Shown here: positions 10,456 through 24,724 of the stretch, one piece after another | Layout: each line of letters starts with the position of its first letter | Position numbering within the stretch: the first letter of the stretch is position 1 | NCBI GenBank assembly: GCA_964016885.1 | Contig: OZ024763.1 | Coordinates: forward strand, 5,518,001 to 5,582,000 | Length of the DNA: 64,000 nt | DNA from: Eledone cirrhosa | Lineage: Eukaryota | Direction of reading: 5' to 3' | Notes under the pieces: generated by a model | The model's database searches: none | The model's input: only the letters and a program-made list of their open reading frames with translations | Told to the model about the DNA's origin: nothing | Made by a program: the position numbers and the translations under genes

Positions 10456-10504
10456 TCAAACTTTCTCTCTTTGTTCTACCTCACCCAAAACACCATCAAT
10501 GTAG

Positions 10505-10604
10505 GTTTGACAGCTCTCATGTTTGATCTCACTGAACTGGTGAATATGATGTCTATAGGAACCCTTCTAGCCTACACATTTGTGGCCAAGTGTGTCATCT
10601 TACG
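10505..10604 (+). CDS. SLC7/CAT exon B, copy 1
   Basis: tgtAG|...|GTGAGT; (G)LTALMFDLTELVNMMSIGTLLAYTFVAKCVIL(R), matching CAT FDLxxLVDxMSIGTLLAY; 100 nt, phase 1 to 2; missing from the ORF track. Confidence 0.88.
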
Positions 10605-11358
10605 GTGAGTATATCTATATATGTATATAGGTATATATGTATGTATGGTCTCATATATATATATATACATACATATACATATATCATCATCGTCCTCATC
10701 ATTTTTGTGTCTGTTTTTCCACGCTTGCATGGGTTAGATGGGTACTTTTAAGCACAGCATCTCTCTACTCGTCACATTCGTACATCATTTATTCTCCGAG
10801 AGAGTAAACTAACAAGAAAATGGAACTTTAGCATCATCTGAATCATCAGCTTCCTACAATACTTTACATTTTTATCTATCTACTTATTTTGTCTCTTTTT
10901 CTCTCCTTCACTCTATCTATTTTTGTATTTTCCACTGTCGCCTCCCTTTCTTTTTGCCACTGTTGCTACTGTTACTTCCGCTTTCTTATCACCTACTGCA
11001 ATCACAGCAAGCAATCACAGACATTTAGTAATATAGAGATAGATTGGCTCTTAACGTCCTGTCCCACATGAAACCACATTAGCAAAATATTGCTTAAACA
11101 TATAAAACAACATTATTACTGTATCACATTAATAAATATTGAAGTTTTTACTTTTATACAACAAATTTTCGCAATGATCTGTACCCTAGTAAAGATGCTA
11201 TAAACATTTGAATTAACAAACCACATAAACCCCATTAGCAAGACATTCTTGAAAAGTAGAAAACAGTATTATGATAGCATGACATTAAATATTAAAGTCT
11301 TTATTCTATCACTGCAAATATTCACAATGATCTATCCACTAGTAAAGATAGTGTAAAC

Positions 11359-11695
11359 CAGAGGTTGTCAAACTGTTTGGGCCACTACCCCGCCCCCTCA
11401 CGGTCATGTAATACACTCAGCACGTCCCCAACCCTATTTACAGAGAGACTTACCTACACACAAATTGTAAATAATATATAATAAATGAAATCGTTAATTT
11501 ATATATAATAATATAATATAATATATACTATGTATAAATAGATATTATATATTTTATATTTTACTATATTTATATATAATATGTATCATTTGATATTTAA
11601 TATACTATTATATCATATCTACCGCCACTGTAGGCCCCAGCGTCCACTCAGACCTTCTCAATGTCCCCACTTAGTGCCCATTTTGAGAACCTCTG
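11359..11695. mobile_element. hAT-type MITE (also 27366-27702, 43391-43727, 58549-58885)
   Basis: TIRs CAGAGGTTGTCAAA / TTTGAGAACCTCTG; 8-bp TSD GTGTAAAC/CTGTAAAC; an upstream duplicate (~11130-11225) shows the empty site. Confidence 0.85.
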
Positions 11696-11834
11696 CTGTA
11701 AACATTCGAATTAACAAACCTCTTTATAGATATTTTCTGACTAAATCATTAGAGGAGGTGAAGATCTTGTTTTCTCTTGTTCATTATATTTTCTTGTTTC
11801 TTTGTGTCTCTTGTTTTGTTTTCTGGAGTTTTAG

Positions 11835-11903
11835 ATATAAAGTCAAGGCTTTCAAAGGTGAGGAAACTGAGATAAAACCAGAAGGTGATAATGGGGATTT
11901 CAA
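11835..11903 (+). CDS. SLC7/CAT exon C, copy 1
   Basis: Long polypyrimidine tract, tttAG|...|GTAAGT; completes the conserved LR|Y junction: (R)YKVKAFKGEETEIKPEGDNGDF; 69 nt, phase 2 to 2. Confidence 0.72.
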
Positions 11904-12089
11904 GTAAGTTGACAGATTTCTCAGATTTGTGGAATTGTTGTGGGATTTGGCAAGGTTTTTGTAGGATTTTTGTGGAATTTTTGTGGGATTTTTGTAAATC
12001 TTTCTGGATCTGCCTTGATTTTGTAGATTTTGTGGATCACAAAAATATTGTACAACTGTATAATAACAATAGACATACACATATTCTAA

Positions 12090-12206
12090 TAAATGCAATA
12101 CTTGTACTTAATTCAGTCTCCTTGCTTCCATCACTCATGAACACAGCCCCGAGGTACTTGAACTTCTCTTTCTGCTTCAGTGAAACTCCATTCACATGTA
12201 GAACAT
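12090..12206 (-). mobile_element. RTE LINE reverse-transcriptase fragment
   Basis: LHVNGVSLKQKEKFKYLGAVFMSDGSKETELSTSI contains the FKYLG motif. Confidence 0.8.
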
Positions 12207-13084
12207 TATGATTTTTTTTTTTTTTTTGGTGGGGGGAGAATGATTGAAATGCCAGACGGGTCCTAAAATATATAAAAGCCTTGGTGACCCCAGTATGGGT
12301 TAGTATGCCCTTCACTACTCTAATGTCCATGACGGTCTGATAGGGAAGGAGTAAATGCTATATACCCCAGCCTCATTCCCATGAAAAGCTGATTAAGGAA
12401 GCACCAATCCTCTCTGCCCCCCCCCCCCCCCCACACACACACACACACACTTTTTCCTTGACAGCTGATGAGTCTTTAATAAAAATTGAAACTAATCAGA
12501 TTGATCTTTTATTATTATTATTATCATTATCCAGAGCCATAATAAATCAAATGAAAAATATATATGTATATATAGAGAGAAAGAGCCATATACCTTAGAG
12601 GAAACATAGTATATTGTATATGTACTAAATATATATTTCAGATAGGAATATGTACTTACGGTGGAGTCATTAGAGAGACCTTATAGCACTATTTCATATT
12701 CTGTAGAGTGTGGTTGAAAATCAATCTATGTAATCGATCATCGAAGACAAACTATCAATTATAATTAAACCACAGGAGACTCAGAATTATCATCAGAGGT
12801 TATAGTCTCAGAATTCTAAGAGAAATATAGAATCAAAATACAATATACTTGCCAATATCCATAGAGACTGCTAACGTAACCACCATGTTGAAGACCACAT
12901 GGTGTCATCATCATCATTTTACATCTGCTTTTCCCTGCATTCTTTCCACTAGAGATAGGTGTGGAAATTATAGTCACCCCATCTCAACAAGAGATTTGGA
13001 GCTGTTATATACAAATGTAATGATTCAAAACATCAAATATGTTAGAATTTTGTGTTTCTTGATAAACAAGCTCAATATATATAA

Positions 13085-13290
13085 ATCATCATCATCATCA
13101 CCATTTTACGTCCGTTCTTCCACGCTAGCATGGGATAGATGGGTTGTCCTGTTGTGGGCAGTGTCCGGTCGGCTGACCATGCCTTGCTCATACGGGAACT
13201 GATTCTGGCTTGATTACTACAGCTGGATGCCCTTCAAACACCAACCTCATTTACAGTGAGTGTTGGTTGCTTTTTTTCCGTGGTGCCTAT
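13085..13290 (-). mobile_element. RTE-type 3' UTR / RTE-dependent SINE tail with (CAT)n end (related pieces at ~10683-10780 and ~12904-12940)
   Basis: (CAT)n followed by TTTTACGTCCGTTCTTCCACGCTAGCATGGG...CTACAGCTGGATGCCCTTC; the motif recurs three times per unit. Confidence 0.6.
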
Positions 13291-13309
13291 ACGTCATATA
13301 TATATATAT

Positions 13310-13614
13310 AGTGGCAGACTGGGTCTAAAAATATTGGTTCGCAGGAGATAAAGGGGACCCACCCACATATAGAATGCTATCATTTAATTTTAATAATGAA
13401 TAAATAACATTTTCAAAAAATACATCAGTGAAAACAAAACATTGCAATCAAATTTTTGCAGGAAAGAAATGTGTATTTTTTACTAATTATAGTGTATATA
13501 TACTGTACATATTACTGGTAGTATACAGCAAACCACTCGTGTTGGATGCCACTTGCACCGACACCTTCTGCAGCCGCAACCTGGTGCAGTCTGCGACTGA
13601 CCCAGGTTCTGCTG
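13310..13614. mobile_element. Probable DNA transposon end fragment
   Basis: Begins AGTGGCAGACTGGG directly after (TA)n, resembling a CAGTGGCGGACT-type terminus; no partner end in the window. Confidence 0.35.
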
Positions 13615-15480
13615 CATCATGGTTGTGTTGGTTCTGAGCCTCATTAGGTAATGCATTATTCGTTACTTCTATAGATGTACAATCATGCCCTATGTAACAT
13701 ATTTAAAGAGGTATTTGACACTTTTTACAGAAGGGCAAACTTCAACATTAATATGTGCACAATATTTCTTAAGCAAAAAGGCATAAAATGGAACAACATT
13801 CCTGTTATCTACTGTATGTCATCCAATTTACACTGCAGTTCCTGTCTTGCACCTCCTGTACTCTGGGTATCCATTTAGGTTCAATAATGTTTTCCTTCTG
13901 TAGGTTTTTGGATAGTTCTTTTGGAAAAATCCATTTTGTATAAATGGGGAAAAAGGGTTTCCAGAACCACATGGCCCGTGGATCATAAACTTTTAAACCT
14001 GCTCATGTAGTACTGGATCATCTTCCAATGCAGGTATTTCTGCTGACACGATTCTGTCAATGTCTTCTCTCTTTCTTATCTTGTCTTCATTTCTTAAGGC
14101 TCAGTGTTATCATCTGTTTAGATAATTCATTAAACCATTATACTCATCCACTCACAATTGGGCTTGATTGTTCCTCAAATATTGAAGCCTGCATCCCTCT
14201 ACTTTCATATAGGCATCCACTAAATACTGCTAAAATAATTTGCCTGCCCTATATATCGCACTAAATCCTCCTCTATATGCTATACAGTATATGTAATACT
14301 CCTGCATTGTCAGTCTATTGCAAAGACAGGTCCTGCATTCCTCTCCATGTCACTATGTCACCAAAATTCACCATTATGGGTCGGTCATGAGGTCCAAGTG
14401 GCATGAATTATGTGGTATTTTCTGAGGAGGATGGTCTTTAGGAAAGATGATAATATCTCTTTGTATAGGTGGTGTGCCCTCAATCCCCCACAAAACAACA
14501 GCTATCATTACTAGTTGGTAAATTATAGCAGCTCATATCTGATCCTCTTCTAAATCTTAATTCACAGTTCTGTACACAACAATTTTCTCTTCTGGCTCTT
14601 TGCTGTTTGATGCCATGCATTGTATTATACACTTCGACATATGGATTACATTCATGCAACACCTCTCTTATCATAGTCATTTTTTGTGGTGAGCAGTCAT
14701 TATTTGTTGGTACTAGGGCGGTGGATTGGCAGTATCGGTAGAGCGTCAGACACCATGCTTTGCAGCATACGGTTATGGCCCTTTACGTTCTGGGTTCAAA
14801 TCCCTCCAAGGTTGACTTAGTTTTCATCCTTATGAGGTCGATAGAATAAAGTATCAGTAATACACTGGAGTAATTGCTGGCCTTGTGCCAGAAACAATTA
14901 TTTGGTGGTACTTCCAATCTGTGCTACACAGCTTCATTCCCATCAATAATATATAACTGGCCATATTGTAGTGTATTTTCTGCAGGTTACAGAGGTGGGG
15001 TGTAGTGATATGTTTGACCCTGAATATGAAAGCTATACGGGCCTCTGCCGGGTGGTAAGGCAAGTTTAACACCAAATGAAGTGAAAGAAATGTAGTTTTA
15101 ATTGCAGATGTTTCTGTGAAATCAACTGCTTCCTGGTCCCTTTCAAAGAGATTTCTCAATCTCTCAGGGTATATTTGCAATGGAGGCAACACAACCTTTC
15201 CTTTATTACAACAGTTACAATTTTCATTTCTAAATCTCAAAGCTCCACAGTGATCACACGAAACATTCATATCACTAATATGAAATTCTTCTACATTTCC
15301 ATTAATATTAATTGCTGGGCAATTTCTCCTACGACGTTCATTATCCATTCTTCTCTGTCTGAATGTTTTCCATTCTAAGTCTATTTGCATGGATTAATTA
15401 TATTCTGTTGTTTATTATGTAATTAAATAGCTCTGTACAATACATAGAGAACTCTTCTTTTCTTTACCTTTTCTATGGAA
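13615..15480 (-). mobile_element. Helitron Rep fragment (N-terminal Zn finger to Rep), decayed
   Basis: Minus strand: MNVSCDHCGALRF..CNCCNKGKVVLPPL; GKLF*QYLVDAYMKVE..RLQYLRNNQ; IVSAEIP..MIHGPCG..NP..GYPEYRR; HINVEVC..VKSVKYLFKY. Confidence 0.93.
14715..14896 (+). mobile_element. tRNA-derived SINE inserted in the Helitron (also ~30717-30898, ~46742-46923)
   Basis: A box TGGCAGTATCGG, B box GGTTCAAATCC; 16-bp target-site duplication ATTATTTG(T/G)TGGTACT at 14699-14714 and 14897-14912. Confidence 0.88.
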
Positions 15481-17458
15481 ATACAAGCACAAACATATAT
15501 ATATATATATATGTATATACATAAACAAGACTGTTATTGCTCCAACCAGTCTATTTACCTTTGATAACTATCCTAAATATAAATACACCTATACCATATA
15601 TGTTTTTGATGCCGTGGTATAGCAGAGATAAGCAAGAAGAGAAAAGAAAATGAAAAGGAAAAAGAAGTAAGAAGTCGGGGGAGGGACAGACACTTCACCC
15701 CAGTCTAAGTGGTCCCTCAGCCGCAACCCGTGGAAGAAACGTAAAAGCGTTACCTCGGAGCAAGGCCAGAGACACCTGCTACAATAGTCGCCCCTCCTCA
15801 CGAGGCTCCTGCCGTCTTTCCTCCCGACTTTATGGAGGAAATCAGCAGTACGGGGACCAAGTATGGCAGAGGTCTCAGTTGAGTGGAAGAGGTGAGTCAG
15901 GCCTCAGTACTATCTTACTCGCCTCTGCATTGCGGGGTGTGGAGCCTAGGTTTGTGGCTGTAACGATATTTGAACTTTTATATGAAATTTCAGTTTTATA
16001 TTTTTCACATCTTAAAACTTAATCTTAGTCTTTTGCAGCTCATCTTGTTTCATCTCGCAGCACACGATGTGGGAACCAAGACATAAAAACTATTTCAAGG
16101 GATCGACATCTGTAAAAAGGTTGAAAAACGCTGCTCAATGTTCTTTGGTTTTTGTTCACCTTTAAATAATCATGTATAAACTATCGGGTGTTATCTTGCA
16201 GGGACTAGCTCCAATTGAGAGTTGTACCAATTCCCACTAAACTCGAAACTCCTGGACAATATATATATATCTTTATAAGTTCCTGTGTATTGTGTCGCTG
16301 TATAATGAAACATAAACATATACCATGCATATCAGTCAGGTTTGAACTCACTATATTTGGTGTTTTATAGATATAATTTGTTTGTTAAAATAATTGATTA
16401 AATAATAACTAAATAATATTAATTCTACAATCCTGGGTAGGGAATGAACTTATAACTTCATAATAGAAGCCACATATTTGAGCAGTCTTGCCAACTAAGC
16501 CACCAGGTTACTTACAGAACTTCATTCAAATATAAAGTATTTTAATTTAAATTTAAATTAAAATAAATAGATACTTATTTATATGATTGTCAATATAAAT
16601 GCCGCAGAACATACATGCACACATATATGAAAGCAAGCTTGTTTTGAAACCGCGATCGAAGTTTGAAACAAATTATGACTATATATCGCCAGACATAGTG
16701 AGTTCGAATCTTACTGACTAGTTGGTCATTGTCCCAGCCAACAGTTTAAATCGCCAACCGGTAGGTGATATCGACTAGGTTGAGAAAACTTGGTTCAGTA
16801 GCTCCAGTTATTGCTACGTTAGACATATTCAAGACTTATCGACCCCGAATGGTAGAAAGGTAAAGAACTGGAAAAAATACTGCAAAGAATTCTATCTGAT
16901 GTTCTAACAATTCTACCAAATTACCTTATATATATATATTTATATCTAGAGATAAGAAAAAAACAGGAAAAAAAAAAAAAGCATGAAACCCTATATGTAA
17001 CCCATGACCAGAATTGAACCCCAAACAAGGACTTCCACCATCTCTGGTATCTCACACCAGACCATCAGGAATGCTACAAAAATCTGCTGAATTTAATATT
17101 TATAAGCCTACTTTCAATATTAAAGTAATTAACATGTGGTGTTGTTCATGCCTTTCTTAATGTTATTGGTAAAAAATAAAGTACTCAAATATTTTTACTT
17201 ATGTAATTATAAATGTCGCAGAATACACACACACATATATATATGTGAAAATATTCAGGACCCCAACGGCTGTGCTAGTGCCGTTTCGACATTTATATAT
17301 ATATCTTTTAGTCCTAGGCTCTTTCAGTGCAGAAAGAATTCTCCAATGATCACAACCAGCTGATGGTGCCCAGTTGAAGCACTTTAGTCTAATTATAACC
17401 CCAACGATTACGATTAGCGGCGGCTTTTCCGAGTCTGTGCCATGTGAGGTTGACTGCC

Positions 17459-17500
<42 letters not shown>

Positions 17501-17954
17501 CATACATGCTAGAATCCCGGAGAACAATAGAAAAATGCTGAGTTCAGAGTTTAAAAAACAACAGAAAGAAGGGCATAAATAAATATATATCAGTGGTTTA
17601 AAACCTTCTCTGCACCATGCCCCACCTCAACATTTAAAATATGTTTATGTCCCCCTTTAATATAAAAACAATCCGAGTCTTGTGAAAGTGTTATTACTGC
17701 AATATAAAGTAGAAACCCTTTATTTAAACAAAGCTGCGATGCAGCGATGATCAAAGCAAACCCCAAAATGTAAACAAACTTCTCGTAGATGCTGCCAGAT
17801 ACACGATAGCATGTCTAGACGAAGTGTAACAGGAGGTTGGGTCGTATTATATCACTTTCAAATTGACCCCTATTATATTCAAATTGTTCCCCGTGAGGTG
17901 TGCACCCCACGTTGAGAATCCCTCTTAAATAAATATATGTGAGTGAGTTGCTAT

Positions 17955-18922
17955 GACTGCTATTTCTAGCAGGTTTACTGCTGTCCTGTAGACGCACAAG
18001 AAAAACCGGAAGTGCTAGACATTAAAAAACTTTGGCTTAAAATCAGGCAAAAGTTTTTAAACAATAGAAAATTTAATGTAAACAAACCAGGGTGTTTTTG
18101 CCAAGAAAGATAACTCTTGTCTTACTTAATGGCAAAAATCGAGACAAAAATGTTGTGTGTGTGTCTGTGTGTTATGTATACAAGATATAGACGCCATTTT
18201 GAAGCCCGTACGTGGTCGGTCGACTTACTCGAAATAGTAGTCAAAGAGAGGAGATTTTTTTTTCACCCGATACAAAAAGTAGGTTTATAAATATTAATTT
18301 TCACTATATTTTTAAGGTGGTCTCGTTGGCCGAGTGGTACGGTGCGTTGAGTCTGCTGAGATACTGGTCGTGGTCTCGATCCCGGCCAACGTCTACACAT
18401 AGGGGGTCTTATTAAACTTTTTCAGTTTTTATTTTATCTCTTAGTATAAAAACTGAAAAAGTTTAATAAGACCCCCTATGTGTAGACGTTGGCCGGAATC
18501 GAGACCCCGACCAGTATCTCAGCAGACTCAACGCACCGTACCACTCGGCCAACGAGACCACCTTAAAAATATAGTGAAAATTAATATTTATAAACCTACT
18601 TTTTGTATCGGGTGAAAAAAAATCTCCTCTCTTTGACTACTATTTCGAGTAAGTCGACCGACCACGTACGGGCTTCAAAATGGCGTCTATATCTTGTATA
18701 CATAACACACAGACACACACACAACATTTTTGTCTCGATTTTTGCCATTAAGTAAGACAAGAGTTATCTTTCTTGGCAAAAACACCCTGGTTTGTTTACA
18801 TTAAATTTTCTATTGTTTAAAAACTTTTGCCTGATTTTAAGCCAAAGTTTTTTAATGGCTGCCTCTTCCGGTTTTTCTTGTGCGTCTACAGGACAGCAGT
18901 AAACCTGCTAGAAATAGCAGTC
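17955..18922. repeat. Long palindrome, unit 2 copy
   Basis: Same structure as 2577-3544. Confidence 0.95.
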
Positions 18923-21900
18923 TTTGGCTACTATTTCGAGCAAGTCGACCGACAACGTAGGGGGGTTCCCATATCTTATATACATAACACACAGACACAC
19001 ACACATTTATGTGTTTTATTTAAAGTTTTTCAAAACTCCTCATCGGTTTATAGTTGATTCGAACTTACAATTGGCCATCTACAGTCTTCTTGTTGACGTC
19101 TATATCTAGTATAGTTATATATAACACACAGACACACACACATTTATGTGTTTTATTTAAAGCTTTTCAAAACTCCTCATCGGTTTATAGTTGATTCGAA
19201 CTTTCAATTGGCCATGTACAGTCTTCCTGTTGACGTCTATATCTAGTATATAAATACATAACACACACACATTTATGTGTTTTATTTGGTCGTCCTTGTG
19301 AGCAAGTCGACCGGTTACATATGGGTTCCATGTTACCTACACAAGTTCATATCTCATTGAACTAACGTTGATTTCAACTTCGAATATTTGAACATACAAT
19401 ATGTAGTTACAGATGCTTCATAAATACAACTCCTGTCATTGCGCCATTCCTATACAAAGGGTGTGTTTGTGTGAGAAAGGGAGATCCGTGTTTATATCTA
19501 GTATAGTTATGCATTACACAGACACACACACAAGTATGCCTTTGATTATATTAAGACATTTTCAGACTTTTTTTGTTAACAGTTTAATGTTTATTGGAAA
19601 CCACAACGTGATTGACAGTACTTCGAATATATTTGATCATACAGTATGTAGTTACTTCATAACTACAATACCTATATACATAGGAATGCGTGAAAACGTG
19701 TGTATGTGAGATAGTTTAAAAAGGGAAATTAGTGTTTATATCTAGTATAGTTACACATAACGCACAGACACACACACGAATGTGCTTTTTAATATATTAA
19801 GACACATTTTCAAACTTTCTTCTTAACAGTTTAGTGTTTATTCGATACCACAACGGGATTGGCAGTACTGCACTAATGTATCGTAAATTAAATTTGCCAT
19901 GCGTCATTCATATATATATAACAAAGGAGTTATGGTAAGGAACTAGATGGACCATAACGCCCCAGAGTACTCAATACTTAGGGTAATAGGAGATGTGTGT
20001 TTGTAGTAGGCTAAATATAAAGTCGGACATTTATTCACCATGCCTTCCTATTTCATATTGACAACGTATAATATTAATCGGGATAATATAGATTTTCTAC
20101 ACGAACATAATGTCATCTCTATAACTACGAATTGTGAATAAACTTGTAAATGTTAATCCATTATTCCAAAAGAAAGTGTAAATCTAAAGAGGAAGTGACT
20201 ATTTGGCTGCTTACAAGAAATATTGATTTCTACAATAGGCACAAAGCCAGCAATTTTTTGGGGAAGGGAAGTCGATTAAATCGATCCCAGTGCGTTACTT
20301 CAACTTTATTTTATGGACAGCTTAAAGATGAAAAGCAAAGCTAACCTCGGCGGGATTTGAACTCAGAATTTAAAGAGACGTAACTCCACGCCGCGAAGAC
20401 ACTAAGGGACGTAACTCTAAGACACTAAATACATCAGAAACTTTCAACAAAATCATAATGTAAACGTAAACCATTGAAAATATATATCTGCAGCATATGT
20501 ATGATTAAAATAGATATGAGCAAATAAATTGTGAATCATTAAACTCTACTTTTGTGGCTTTATTTATATCGTGAAATGTTGTCAGACATTAAATTGTGGC
20601 TATGATTGTCATTACATTAGAGTGTTTGATTCAAATCTTTTTGTGTGTGAGTGTTGTAGATTTGATGCTATGGAGGTCTGTTCAGCAATAATGAAACTTT
20701 AATCGTTTTTTTTTTTTTAAGAACATTAACTTATTTAAAAAAATTCTTTTTAGTTTATTCGTACCTCCTGAATATGGTTACTTTCGATACTGACTCCCTG
20801 CCTTGATTATTGGTTCTGGCATTGCTGTTGTGGGCTGCTTAAATTTAATCCATAAGATCACAAGAATCTAAAAATGAAATGTTGCATACAGACAGACGTT
20901 ACGTTTATCCTAGGTATTTTGACAAATGTCTCGATGTCCATTGTTTTGAAAAATAGTACAATAAAGAAATGCCATCATCTAGTAATCCTTGATAATAATC
21001 CAGTGTTGTTGCAGCCATGGTAAATGGTAAGAAAAAACAAAAATAAAAGACACATTCAGCAGTTAATGCAGTGAAAACAAACAATAAAAATATAATTACT
21101 AAATAAAAATAATTCCTTACTTTCATTCATTTGTTTTTGTTATCGTTTTTAAATATAATTAAAATTTGTTTAATAAGTTATTTTTCATTACAATTATATA
21201 CATATTATAATTATATGTCTATTATATTATATAGGAATCAGGTTTATCAATTTACGAGAACGTCGCATCAAGTTCAAATCTTTCTCCCACACAATACTTA
21301 GGTATGGCAGATTTGAAGTTAGTAGAGATTATTGCAGGTAGTCAATGTAGGTTCAAATAAACCCTAGAGCTATGAATAACAAAAGCAAGTTATAATTTAT
21401 CAAAGTTCCAGTGGGATGAAAGACAAGGTCGACCCCTTTGTTGCGAGACGAACAGAGACGGGAAAGCCATGAAGGCCACCACGTCAATTTCGCTTCGAAA
21501 CAGAAAGTAGGTTTATATATAATAATATGTAGTCGGTTTTCAAAAGCGCCTTGGTGGCGTAGTGGAAAGTATAAGAGATGGTGGGAAACTTGGCCGGGGG
21601 TTTAAGCTTGGTCCACAACTACATTTAGAGGATGTTATTAATTGTTAATATTTTTTTTATCTTATGAGACAAAAAATTAAAATGTTCAGTGTAGATCTTA
21701 CCCGAGATTGAACTCCAGACCAGGATCTCCACCATCTCTGACACCACTTGGCTACCGAGACAACTTCAAATACATACTGACAATTAATATTTATAAACCT
21801 ACTTTCTATTTCAAAGCAAAAATTACGTGGTGATGTTCATGGCATTCTCCGTCTAATTCATATTACAAAAGGGGTCAACATTGGGTTTTAATTATCTGGG

Positions 21901-22075
21901 GCTTTGATAAAACATAGCTCGATTCAATTTGTCATCTTTTAAGGGTTGATTTCCTTGATTTCACAACAATCTGATCTGCCGTGCCCCTAAATATATACGT
22001 GTGTGTTGTAGAATTGATGCTACAGTGATGTGCTCAGCAAATATTTCTCCACAATTCTGTCATCCCACAATCATT

Positions 22076-22137
<62 letters not shown>

Positions 22138-24584
22138 GTGTGTGTGTGTGTGTGTGTGTGTACACATACGTGAGTAAGTGTGTGTCTGTATGATTTAAAC
22201 GTACAACAACGCTATATACATCATATCTCTGTTAACAATTAAATAATTAAATAAAAGTAATTCTACAATCCCAGCTAAAGATGGAAACACACACTACACA
22301 TTATAGCAATAACCACGACATAACAGTTTCTTGTTAAATATAGCCTATTGCAATTGTTGGTAGCGCTTGAAACCCTGTCACTATGTCTCACTGCTGAATC
22401 ATGAAGGACAGGTCCTCGGAAAATGTTGGGGAGGGGAAAAAAGAGTAATATATCCAGGTTTGGTTCATCTCTCCGATTTACACGGTATATAAATGATGTT
22501 TACCACTGTCGAGTACTTACCAGTCTTACTAAACACCGCCAGTTAGCTTTGTGCAGCGGTTAAAGAAAGTTGTGTTATTTTTTTGCCCTTCACATACATT
22601 TTTTATACAACAGATAACAATACACACGAGAAAGAATCACACAGAATGTAAGTCTTTGAAAATAAAAATGTTATTACATTAGAACAAAATCCTAAATTAT
22701 TATAGAACGTGGAATGAACGAAGCAACAAAATGAATTAATTTGAGACAAGCTGGTGATTATAAGGACAAATGACTTCATCTTCAAAAGTATACAATTGAA
22801 ATTAGAAATTGATTGAAATGGAACCTTTACAGAGACATCTAGCAGTAATATTTGGAATATAAGACAAACCAAATTTTGAAGAAAAATGTCTGATGTGTTA
22901 ATATATCAAATTTAACCTGTTTACAACAAAAGTGTCAACACCAGTAAATAAAGCGGTGTCTTAATCAAACGTAGACACACGGACGAGTTACGAATAATAT
23001 AAAGTTATTGATATATTTTGGGGCAATATGAGGACAGCATGACCTTCCCCGAATATAACAATATCTCTTTCAACACACGATTTCATATTTTAAAAAAAAC
23101 CTTCAAAATAAATAACGCCGTTAATCTAAATTTAGTTTTATAAAAAGTAAACAATATTTGAAGAAAAACAAACAGTATTAAATGATTTGAAACAAACAGA
23201 CGAAAGCAAAGACAATCACAGCCATATTTTAATGTGTGACGATAGCAGTAAACAAGGCAATGTCTTAATTAAACGTAGACACACACAAGTTACGAATATT
23301 CTAAACTTAATGTTATATTTTGGGAGGGTCATGTTGTCCTAATATTGCGAAAAAATAGGACCTGCGAAGATTGGAAAGAAATGAAGCCTCCATACTTCGA
23401 TGGATGTGTAATAGCAATATACGCAAATGACAAAACATTAATGAAATACGCGATAAATTAGACATAAGAGGGATCAGATGTTGTGTGCAGGAGAGGAGAT
23501 TGTGTTGGTAAGGATATGTGATGCGTATAAAGGATGCCAACTGTATAAAAAGATGCAGAGTACTTAAAGTTGGTGGTAGCCATGGAGTAGGCAGGCCTAG
23601 GAAAACTTGGGATGAGGTAATAAGAGCTGACCTTTCACAATTACACCTCACAGGACCGTCACCTCTGGTGTTGTGAAGTATTACAGAAGACCCGCCCTCT
23701 ATACTTAGCTGGCAACGCCATTCCCTACCATCTCTCCTCTCATAAACCTCTTTTGTACCTACGTCCCCAATTTCCCAAAGCATATTCTCTACCCCTCCCA
23801 AGTTTCCCAACTCCTCTATAAAGTGATCCCCCACCCCTGGAGTCACACCAAAAGAGCCCAGCCCACACTGTAGTGGTCATATAGGTGTCATGACAAAAGT
23901 GAGCGTCCAGTCTACACTGTAAAGTGGTCATGTAGGTGAGCAGCAAAACATACCCAGTACACACTGTAAAGTGGTCGTGTAGGCGAGCAGTAAAAAACAC
24001 CCAGTACATACTGTAAAGTGGTCATGTAGGTGAGCAGCAAAACATACCCAGTACACACTGTAAAGTGGTCGTGTATGTGAGCAGTAAAAACATACCCAGT
24101 CTACACTGTGAAGTGGTCGTGTAGTTGAGCAGTAAAACATACCCAGTACACACTGTAAAGTGGTCGTGTAGACGAGCATCAAAACATACCCAGTACACAC
24201 TGTAAAGTGGTCGTGTAGACGAGCATCAAAACATACCCAGTCTACACTGTAAAGTGGTCGTGTAGGCGAGCAGCAAAACACACCCAGTACACACTGTAAA
24301 GTGGTCATGTAGGTGAGCAGTAAAAAACACCCAGTACATACTGTAAAGTGGAACACGGAACTTTTCTATGGATGTCACTGGATTACTCGCCATCAGATTA
24401 CATTGAGTTCTATCTACGGTACGGACCCTACCACCAGGGGTAGACCACATAAAAAAATAAATATATCTATATATATATCTATATATATATATACTATATA
24501 TCGATTCGTTTAATACATTATACAAGGGATATATAGTATGTCAACCGTTGTATTACTCTATATATCCACCCCACTATATTTCAG

Positions 24585-24724
24585 CATGGTTGGTTCAATA
24601 TTTCCCCTACCCAGGGTGGTATATGCCATGGCAGAGGACCGAATCATTTTTGGTCAACTCTCAAGTGTGTCCGAAAGATTCAAGACCCCTGTTTTAGCAA
24701 CACTGGTAGCTGGATTGTTTTCAG
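24585..24724 (+). CDS. SLC7/CAT exon A, copy 2
   Basis: As copy 1, with QLSS instead of QLSG; splice sites intact. Confidence 0.82.

Larger units (their letters stand above)
158..15523 (+). repeat. Tandem segmental duplication unit 1 (~15.4 kb)
   Basis: AACAAGACTGTTATTGCTCC recurs at 158, 15524, 31528 and 47541 with colinear, near-identical sequence after each; 1-157 is not repeated. Confidence 0.97.

Noticed and set aside
11925-12035. GGATTTTTGT-type short repeats as telomeric or regulatory repeats
   Set aside because: Irregular 10-12-bp low-complexity repeat that does not match TTAGGG.
12458-12505. Hammerhead-like CTGATGAGTC...TGAAACTAATC
   Set aside because: Core words are present, but stems I and II do not pair; at most a dead relic.
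15480-15530. 16-kb array as a Helitron rolling-circle concatemer with captured exons
   Set aside because: The unit junction lies near the Helitron 5' coding region, but I see no 5' TC terminus or 3' hairpin-CTRR there. The segment looks like a (TA)n intron with a splice acceptor, and template switching explains the junctions better. Not fully excluded.
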